Source: Octopus sinensis
Lineage: Eukaryota
Assembly (NCBI RefSeq): GCF_006345805.1
Contig: NW_021828571.1
Coordinates: forward strand, 1 to 8,371
Direction: 5' to 3'
Length of the DNA stretch: 8,371 nt
Position numbers and translations under genes: made by a program. Below are positions 1 through 6,955 of the stretch, in pieces; positions within the stretch are counted from its first letter, which is position 1, and each line of letters opens with the position of its first letter. The notes beneath the pieces were generated by a model. That model saw nothing but the letters and a program-made list of their open reading frames with translations, did no database searches and was not told where the DNA came from.

Positions 1-29
1 TTTTTTATTTTGTGCACAGACACACGCGC

Positions 30-47
30 ACACGCATATATATATAT

Positions 48-78
<31 letters not shown>

Positions 79-112
79 CGTACACCTATATATATATATA
101 CGCACACGTACA

Positions 113-152
<40 letters not shown>
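30..152. repeat. Compound (TA)n microsatellite with CA/CGCA interruptions
   Basis: Long TA runs broken by cacgcac/cgtacacc motifs; explains the YIYI ORFs at 10..213 and 114..296. Confidence 0.95.
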
Positions 153-207
153 TGTACGTGTGGGTGAGCGGGTGTGTCTGTGTATACATATTGATATAAA
201 TAAAATA

Positions 208-290
208 AGATGAGATAGATAGATAGGGACAGAGACAGACAGACAGACAGATAGATAAATAAATAGACAGGCAGATGGGCAGGTAGGCAA
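208..290. repeat. Degenerate (GATA/GACA)n tetranucleotide repeat
   Basis: agatgagatagatagataggg...agacagacagacagacagatagata. Confidence 0.85.
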
Positions 291-541
291 ATACATAAAT
301 TTAAATGTAAATGGGTTTTCGCTGGTTTTGTTTGCTGATCGAATAACTAAATACCTCGATGAACAAATATGACAGTCCTTATAAATTGCAATGTTTTTAT
401 CAGTCCGAATAAGCGTGATGCATGTTCGAACTGGGGAACAAGCTACTCATTGCGTTTTGTCACGAAAAATATATCTCGGAGAATACATCTCGACAAATGT
501 TGTGTATACACTTTATCAGCTCGCAGCGCCACCTACCTAGA

Positions 542-589
542 CTGTGAGATACTAGCATTTCGGAGTAGTTATCTCCTCATCAGTTGCAG
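542..589 (-). ncRNA. Degenerate type I hammerhead ribozyme motif
   Basis: Minus strand reads CUGCAA-CUGAUGA-GGAG-AUAACUA-CUCC-GAAA-UGCUAGUA-UC-UCACAG. Core and stem II are perfect, stem III is near-palindromic, the cleavage triplet is AUC, and stem I has two mismatches next to the core. Confidence 0.6.
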
Positions 590-594
590 ACACT

Positions 595-713
595 AAGCAG
601 ACGACACTACGAAGCAGACGACACTACGAAGCAGACGACACTACGAAGCAGACGACACTACGAAGCAGACGACACTACGAAGCAGACGACACTACGAAGC
701 AGACGACACTACG
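595..713. repeat. Minisatellite, 7 perfect copies of 17-bp AAGCAGACGACACTACG
   Basis: Units start at 595, 612, 629, 646, 663, 680 and 697 with no spacers; a degenerate partial unit (gcagacacta) lies at 586-595. Confidence 0.98.
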
Positions 714-1130
714 AGCTGAATTAAGAGATTACCTCTCTCATGCTCTTGCCAGTAACCGTACGATGACTGCAGCGCTATACGGCGGCTGACCCCAACTAAA
801 TTAACGGAGAGGCAGCTCCCCGTCCGCAGTTCCATATAAAATCACGACATGCAACCACAAGTGTGGATTGTGTCACTTTTCTGTGGGGGATGTCACTCAT
901 CTTCAGCTGCAAAATGTTGACGTGCTACATTTCATAGCAACATTATATGAGGGTGGGCTGAAAGGTTCATAGGCTGATTATGAAGGAGTGATACTAGAGC
1001 TGTGAAGTTTTACATATATTAATTTCAAACCTTTCTTGTTAATAATTGCATTGTCTTTTTTTTCCTAGTAAACTGACATCTGACTGTTCAAAAAACATTT
1101 CAAAAGTAACTGATAGCGATTCTCTTGAAA

Positions 1131-1800
1131 ATGGATAAAATTTGGCATCATGATGTTATTAAGTACCTTATTTCTTTATTGCCCAAAAGGCACTAAACAT
1201 AGAGGGAACAAACAAGGACAGACAAACGGATTAAGTCGATTACATTGACCCCAGTGCGTAACTGGTACTTATTTAATCGACCCCGAAAGGATGAAAGGCA
1301 AAGTCGACCTCGGCGGAATTTGAATTCAAAATATAACGGCAGACGAAATACCGCTAAGCATTTCGCCCGGTGTGCTAAAGTTTCTGCCAACTCGCTACCT
1401 TTATTATTAAGTACCTGTAAATAAAAAGGGTTTAACCCTCAACGACATTCGTACTGATATGATTGATTCATTGGGGGCTGATGCCCCAGTTTTATCAACA
1501 GTTCGAAAGTGGGCAGCTGAATTTAAGTGGGGAACGGAAAGTCTTGAAGATGACCCAAATTCTGGACGTCCAGAAACTGCTACCACCGAGAAAAACATTG
1601 AGCGTGCTCACCACATGATGATGGATGACAGCCGATTAGCTATAAATCAAATAGCAATGTTATTAGCATATCCTGTGAGAGAGTTGAGAATATTCTGAGC
1701 AATGAACTTGGTATGACGAAATTTCTGCCCGGTGGCCACCACGTCTTCAAACACCTGACCAAAAGCGCACCGGGTTGATCACATCATGGCAAAATCTCAC
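1131..1800 (+). pseudogene. Mariner transposase pseudogene, N-terminal DNA-binding (HTH) part
   Basis: MDKIWHHDVIKYL (1131), then the SINE, then NKKGLTLNDIRTDMIDSLGADAPVLSTVRKWAAEFKWGTESLEDDPNSGRPETATT, and after frameshifts ISISCERVENILSNELGMTK-SARW-PRL (WVPHEL-equivalent). It ends before the DD34D catalytic domain. Confidence 0.9.
1169..1403 (-). mobile_element. tRNA-derived SINE with a 13-bp target-site duplication
   Basis: TTATTAAGTACCT flanks it at 1156-1168 and 1404-1416. The minus strand has an A-box-like TGGCAGAA, a B-box-like AATTCAAATTCC and an A-rich tail (AATAAAGAAATA). Confidence 0.9.
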
Positions 1801-2018
1801 AATCTCTTTCACAGAATAGACTATCTCTTATAGAATACATACATATCAACGTAGGGAATATTGGTGAAACATTCGTATCAAAACTTTTACCTAGCGCAAA
1901 CATAACAGACTCGACAAAGTTATTTGGGACAGAAAATAAAAGTCATGTACAGTTATGGAGGACAGCTGCTCTTCGGATGTGAATATCTCTTCTAAAATCA
2001 GTGAGAAGGAGAATAAAT

Positions 2019-2250
2019 CTCTTTACTCTTTTACTCTTTTACTTGTTTCAGTCATTTGACTGCGGCCATGCTGGAGCACCGCCTTTTTAATCGAGCAACT
2101 CGACCCCGGGACTTATTCTTTTGTAAGCCCACTACTTATTCTATCGGTCTCTTTTGCCGAACCGCTAAGTAACGGGGACATAAACACACCACATCGGTTG
2201 TCAAGCAATGCTAAGGGGACAAACACAGACACACAAACACACACACACGC
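2019..2250 (-). mobile_element. SINE 3' half with (AGTAAAAG)n-type tail, running into a (CA)n/(TA)n tract
   Basis: The minus strand ends gactgaaacaagtaaaagagtaaaagagtaaag. It shares cttagcggt and aataagta motifs with the SINE at 1169-1403. The family is recognised from memory of octopus SINEs. Confidence 0.8.
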
Positions 2251-2275
2251 ATATATAATATATATATATATATAG

Positions 2276-2303
<28 letters not shown>
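2251..2303. repeat. (TA)n microsatellite, left flank of the ribozyme array
   Basis: Near-pure TA run. Confidence 0.95.
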
Positions 2304-2306
<3 letters not shown>

Positions 2307-2338
2307 AAATATTAAAATTACTAAGTCTCTCTAAAAGA
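2307..2338 (-). repeat. 32-bp perfect inverted copy of part of the 360-bp unit
   Basis: aaatattaaaattactaagtctctctaaaaga is the exact reverse complement of 2437-2468. Confidence 0.95.
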
Positions 2339-2544
2339 TAATATTATTTTTCACGGTCAGCTTTTTTCTTATTTTTATAAGAATGCCATATTAGTATGGC
2401 GATAACTAATATTTTCCGGGAACGCTGCCGTTGTTCTCTTTTAGAGAGACTTAGTAATTTTAATATTTCTATTATTGAAAACAAGTGGATGTATTCCACC
2501 GAAGCTAGGTAAATAAAACCTTTGAACAGAGATTGTCGGAAGCG

Positions 2545-2623
2545 ACACCTACTGGTTTGGCTACGCTGCATTGAAAAGGGGCAATACCCCGAAACGCGTC
2601 TGTAGCTGCCGGCCAAGTAGTGT
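2545..2623 (+). ncRNA. Type I hammerhead ribozyme, copy 1 (U3:A8 variant); predicted cleavage after C2600
   Basis: Stem I GCUGCA (2565-70) / UGUAGC (2601-06); core UUGAAAA (2571-77); stem II GGGG-CAAUA-CCCC; GAAA (2591-94); palindromic stem III ACGCGU; GUC triplet. Extended stem I: GGC/GCC, CUAC/GUAG, ACA/UGU. Confidence 0.9.
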
Positions 2624-2902
2624 GGAGCGACTGACTCCCTTGTCAAGGTTATATGGATACAGATTGTGTATCAAATAGCTAACTTAAGGCGATGGCCTCA
2701 TGGAGCTAATAAGCGGTCAGCTTTTTCTTATTTTTATAGAATGCCATATTAGTATGGCGATAACTAATATTTTCCGGGAACGCTGCCGTTGTTCTCTTTT
2801 AGAGAGACTTAGTAATTTTAATATTTCTATTATGAAAAACAAGTGGATGTATTCCACCGAAGCTAGGTAAATAAAACCTTTGAACAGAGATTGTCGGAAG
2901 CG

Positions 2903-2981
2903 ACACCTACTGGTTTGGCTACGCTGCATTGAAAAGGGGCAATACCCCGAAACGCGTCTGTAGCTGCCGGCCAAGTAGTGT
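2903..2981 (+). ncRNA. Type I hammerhead ribozyme, copy 2; predicted cleavage after C2958
   Basis: Identical to copy 1; core at 2929-35, GAAA at 2949-52. Confidence 0.9.
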
Positions 2982-3263
2982 GGAGCGACTGACCTCCCTT
3001 GTTCAAAGGTTATATGGATACAGATGTGTATCAAATAGCTAACTTAAGGCGATGGCCTCATGGAGCTAATAAGCGGTCAGCTTTTTTCTTATTTTTATAA
3101 GAATGCCATATTAGTATGGCGATAACTAATATTTTCCGGGAACGCTGCCGTTGTTTCTCTTTAGGAGACTTAGTAATTTTAATATTTCTATTATTGAAAA
3201 CAAGTGGATGTATTCCACCGAAGCTAGGTAAATAAAACCTTTGAACAGAGATTGTCGGAAGCG

Positions 3264-3342
3264 ACACCTACTGGTTTGGCTACGCTGCATTGAAAAGGGG
3301 CAATACCCCGAAACGCGTCTGTAGCTGCCGGCCAAGTAGTGT
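3264..3342 (+). ncRNA. Type I hammerhead ribozyme, copy 3; predicted cleavage after C3319
   Basis: Identical to copy 1; core at 3290-96, GAAA at 3310-13. Confidence 0.9.
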
Positions 3343-3486
3343 GGAGCGACTGACCTCCCTTGTTCAAAGTTATATGGATACAGATTGTGTATCAATAGCT
3401 AACTTAAGGCGATGGCCTCATGGAGCTAATAAGCGGTCAGCTTTTTTCTTATTTTTATAAGAATGCCATATTAGTATGGCGATAAC

Positions 3487-3491
<5 letters not shown>

Positions 3492-3520
<29 letters not shown>
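3492..3520. repeat. (TA)n microsatellite, right flank of the ribozyme array
   Basis: Pure TA run directly after the partial fourth unit. Confidence 0.95.
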
Positions 3521-3574
3521 CGAACGGGCTTCTTTCAGTTTCCGTCTACCAAATCCACTCACAAGGCTTTGGTC
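3521..3574 (-). mobile_element. 5'-truncated fragment of the SINE 5' half
   Basis: Its reverse complement matches 6034-6085 in this window (gaccaaagccttgtgagtggatttggtag-cggaaactg-aagaagcc). Confidence 0.9.
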
Positions 3575-3991
3575 AAATATGAACAACTGCTTCAAAACTT
3601 GCAACTCATTCTACTCCGATTATAAATTCACATTTATACATATTTCATTCGTGTGCTCGGTTATGTTAGCCAAAGACTAGAGAAGATAGGCTTTTCAAGC
3701 AAAGAAAGAGACTCGCTAACTCATACACTTTACAGAAATTTTCTGTAACTGAAATTTTCTGTAAGTGAAATATATAAGGCTTTCTGAAAGTTTGATATGT
3801 TACAATTCTCGTTCCTGTTATTCAAATTCTAGTCTGTTTGTTAGAAACCAAGATCTCGCTGCAAAAAGAATTTTTATGAAGAAATAAAAATGAAGAAACA
3901 GATACGCATAAACACATATATACATACAAACATAAGTAAACATTCACGAATGCATGGAGAGGGAGAAGAAAGAAATAGACAGACGGACAGA

Positions 3992-4813
3992 TATTGGGTC
4001 ATCCCATAAAAAATGCGGATTTTGAAATTGCATGAACTAAAAGTCGGAGGGGGGATGGAATAAACTACTTGCATCAACTTGCTATAAAAACAGGTAGTTA
4101 TTTTAACTTGACTTTACTCTTAATGCTAGTTTTGAAGAGTGCAGTTCGATTTTAACAGTATTTTTTTCAAAGCTATAATGGAAGTGACAAAGGAACATAT
4201 TCGGCATATTTTGCTTAATGAGTTCAATAAAGACAACAATGCAATGGAACGTGCGAGGAATATTAATGCAGTGTGTGGGTGGTTCCAGAAATTCCGAGCC
4301 GGAAACTAAAGTCTAGAAGACGAGCTTCGTCCTGGAAGATCTGTAGAGCTCGACGAGGACATCCTGCAGACTCTGGTGGAAGAAAATCCCTTCGTAACTG
4401 TTGAGGAACTAGCCAAGAAGCTTGGACTTGGTCATTCAACCATTCATCAGTACCAGCACAAGAAGGAAAACGACCAACTGTGGTTTCAAGACGAAAGGTG
4501 TTCTTCCATCAGGATAATGCTCGGTCACATACAGTGAAGATGACATTCCAAAGGCTGGAGCAGTTTGAATGGGAAACATTGCCCCATCTGATTATCATTT
4601 ATTCCGTAGTCTTCAAAATCATTTGGACGGAAAAGATATGAATTCTGTAGAGGAGGTCAAAACAGTAGTGGAAGAGTATCTTTCGTCACGGACAAGCGAA
4701 TTTTGCAAGTCTACTAGATAGAGTATTTTATAGAAAATGAAGGAGAGTATTTTTTAGATTAAAAAAAGAACTTTGAAAAATAAAAGAAGTATAAAAATAA
4801 ACGCATTCTTTAT
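3992..4813 (+). mobile_element. Internally deleted mariner element with an intact left TIR and a partial right TIR
   Basis: TA + TTGGGTCATCCCATAAAAAATGCGG at 3992-4018. The right remnant ACGCATTCTTTAT (4801-4813) matches 11/13 of the reverse complement of 4006-4018. Transposase remnants lie between. Confidence 0.85.
4178..4762 (+). pseudogene. Mariner transposase pseudogene
   Basis: MEVTKEHIRHILLNEFNKDNNAMERARNINAV-WFQKFRAGN*SLEDELRPGRSVELDEDILQTLVEENP...LGHSTIH, then KRPTVVSRRKVFFHQDNARSHT...FEWETLPH, then IAPSDYHLFRSLQNHLDGK...ENEGEYFLD*. There is a stop at 4307, frameshifts and several internal deletions. Confidence 0.92.
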
Positions 4814-4814
4814 A

Positions 4815-4925
4815 TAGAAGGCAAACACAGACCGAGAGATAGATAGTTGTCAGAGAGATGGGTAAAGATAAATAGATAGTTCGATCGATCGATCAATCGG
4901 CAGATAGATAGATAGGTAGATAGAC

Positions 4926-4988
<63 letters not shown>

Positions 4989-5293
4989 CAGACAGTCATA
5001 CAGACAGACAGACAGACATATTGACAGACAGACATACATACAGACAGACAGATAGATAGATTGACAGACAGTCAGACAGACAGACAGACATATTGACAGA
5101 CAGACATACATACAGACAGACAGATAGATAGATAGACAGACAATCAGACAGACAGACAGACATATTGACAGACAGACATACATACAGACAGACAGATAGA
5201 TAGATAGACAGACAGTCAGACAGACAGACAGACAGATAGACAGATTGACAGACAAACAGACAGCCAGACAGACAGACAGACAAACAGGCAGGC

Positions 5294-5329
<36 letters not shown>

Positions 5330-5350
5330 GACCAGGCAGTCACAGACAGA
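4815..5350. repeat. Compound (GATA)n/(GACA)n tract with a 72-bp higher-order repeat
   Basis: 15 perfect GATA units at 4927-4986; the landmark CATATTGAC recurs at 5017, 5089 and 5161. Confidence 0.95.
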
Positions 5351-5505
5351 TCGTCATTGTTCTTGTCGTCGTTGCTTTGTTGTTGTCGTTATGGCGCTGT
5401 TGCAGTCAATATTGTTGTCGCTAACAAAAACAGAAAAGAAAAGCAAAAACAAGAAGACAATCACACTGCGACCACCACCACCAACACTAACAACAACAGC
5501 AACAA
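5351..5505. repeat. Degenerate trinucleotide low-complexity region, (GTT/GTC)n then (AAC/ACC)n
   Basis: ttgttgttgtcgtt ... accaccaccaccaacactaacaacaacagcaac. Confidence 0.7.
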
Positions 5506-5926
5506 AGACTCTCCAAAGTGTGTCGCGGTTCACTGGGCGCCATCAGTTGTCAAACATTTCAGGAAGTGTACCCCGGGTATATGGGATGGGTGAGTGGTGT
5601 TTAGAGGGAGACATGAATGGCCGCGAGGTGGCGTTGGTAGGGGAGATGGCGCGACCCCTTAATAAAGTCCTCTGTCTGTAAATACGTGGGAAGTGGGGGG
5701 GCGTCAGCTTTCATGGGGGGGAAATATATTAGTTCTGTATGAGCAATCATTCGTGTTTAACGGACTAAAAACAACAACAATAGCTTACGAAAACAACAAC
5801 AATGACAATAGCTATGACGAGTCAGACTGGGACCTCAAGGTGGTTGTGCCATCTGCTAGAAAGTGTTACCAAATCTCTCTCAAATCTGTGTCTTTGGGTG
5901 AATAATATAAGACACCTTCTTCTAAT

Positions 5927-6085
5927 GCAGGCGTGGCTGTGTGGTAAGAAGCCGGCTTCCCAAACTCGTGGTTCTGGGTTCAGTCCCACTGTGTGTTACC
6001 TTGAGCAAGTGTCTTCTACTATAGCCTCGGATCGACCAAAGCCTTGTGAGTGGATTTGGTAGGCGGAAACTGGAAGAAGCCTGTC
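5927..6085 (+). mobile_element. tRNA-derived SINE 5' half
   Basis: A-box-like TGGCTGTGTGG (about 5934), B-box-like GGTTCAGTCCC (about 5977), ACCTTGAGCAAGTGTCTT conserved block. Homologous to 3521-3574 and followed by a microsatellite. Confidence 0.88.
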
Positions 6086-6203
6086 ATATACATACATACA
6101 TACATACATACATACGTATAATTTATGTACATATATATATATATATAATATATATATTACCCTTGATATTATATTATATATATATATATATTATATTATA
6201 TAT
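6086..6203. repeat. (TACA)n/(TA)n compound microsatellite
   Basis: Direct reading. Confidence 0.92.
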
Positions 6204-6204
6204 G

Positions 6205-6842
6205 ATATCAAGGGTAATCAGAAATATTAGAAATATCCATTACCAGTGGCCTAGCGTGTAAATATAGTGAATAGACTATATATTATTCATATAAATACAG
6301 TGTACACTTAAACACATAAGAGGTATCCATCATAGGACTACCTGCATGGTAGAGAGAACAGTTAAATTCCAAACCACTATTAGGAATAAAATTTTGAAGG
6401 GAATGAAAAATAAAAACATTTACTATCTAACACCTGGACCAATGATTTCAGACATTTTTTTAGCGAATAAAATAATTTGCTAGGCGAAGCCTTCTTCAGC
6501 AGGTACACCTTAGATTAAATATATATACTCGAAGCAACCCAGTATATGCCCCGTGCTTATACATTCCAATTTTTCAAATCTATTGCGCAGGCGCAGCTCC
6601 TTGTCGGCAGTAAATATAAAATGCCGGCCTTTTCATTTCGAAAATTATCCAGAAAAATTGATAATTAATAATATCAAAGGGTAATCAGAAATATTAGAAA
6701 TTTCTATTACCAGTGGCCTAGCGTGTAAAAAATTAGTCAATAGACTATATATTATTCATATAAATACAGTGTACATTTAAACACATAAGAGGAATCCATC
6801 ATAGGATTCTTTGCACACTAGAGAGAACAGTTAAATTCCAAA
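6205..6842 (+). repeat. Diverged direct repeat of about 170 bp (6205-6373 and 6671-6842), spacing 466 bp, unknown family
   Basis: Both copies read atatcaa(a)gggtaatcagaaatattagaaat...ttaccagtggcctagcgtgtaaa...gagagaacagttaaattccaaa, with scattered substitutions. Confidence 0.92.
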
Positions 6843-6955
6843 TTTTTTTGCTAAAAAACGTCTGAAAGCATTGGTCCAGGAGTTTGATGGTAAATGTTTA
6901 TATTTTTCATTCCCTTCGAAATTTTATCCCTAATAGTGTTTTGGAATTTAACTGT
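6843..6955 (-). repeat. Inverted copy of about 6358-6472
   Basis: Its reverse complement reads acagttaaattccaaaacactattagggataaaatttcgaagggaatgaaaaat...cctggaccaatgctttcagacgttttttagc. Confidence 0.92.

Larger units (their letters stand above)
946..1800 (+). mobile_element. 3'-truncated mariner (Tc1/mariner) element interrupted by a SINE
   Basis: TA followed by a mariner-like TIR (TGAGGGTGGGCTGAAAGGTTCATAGGCTGA) at 946; transposase remnants from 1131 to about 1800; no right TIR seen. Confidence 0.85.
2354..3493 (+). mobile_element. Tandem array of 360-bp hammerhead-bearing units (retrozyme-like or Penelope pseudo-LTR-like), 3 full units plus a 60-bp partial
   Basis: The marker CGGTCAGCTTTTT recurs at 2354, 2714, 3074 and 3434. 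Units are nearly identical, differing mostly by small indels in or near homopolymers. Each full unit has one hammerhead. The repeat is certain; the element class is inferred. Confidence 0.8.

Noticed and set aside
595-713. CRISPR-like repeat array
   Set aside because: Units are head-to-tail with no spacers, there are no cas genes, and the context is eukaryotic.
851-910. Another hammerhead-like motif on the minus strand (CUGAAGA at 906-900, GAAA, AAGUG/CACUU stem)
   Set aside because: Stem II is poorly paired, position 17 would be G (not cleavable) and stem I does not form.
1193-1390. 65-aa ORF MAETLAHRAK...
   Set aside because: It lies wholly within a SINE, so it is a spurious frame.
1925-1985. 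LLFGCE, resembling the LLYGCE motif of RTE-type LINEs
   Set aside because: A single short motif with no supporting similarity in the surrounding frames.
2344-3395. Minus-strand ORFs of 69-105 aa repeated in the array
   Set aside because: They lack consistent ATG starts, differ by frameshifts between copies, are antisense to the ribozyme and show no recognisable domain.
3735-3764. Heat-shock-element-like GAA..TTC repeats
   Set aside because: Spacing is GAA-nnn-TTC rather than the required GAA-nn-TTC.
5351-5505. Apparent fold-back between (GTT)-rich and (AAC)-rich tracts
   Set aside because: The complementarity is explained by low complexity; there is no specific register.
6584-6595. NRF1-like site TGCGCAGGCGCA
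   Set aside because: An isolated motif inside a repeat, with no promoter or gene context.
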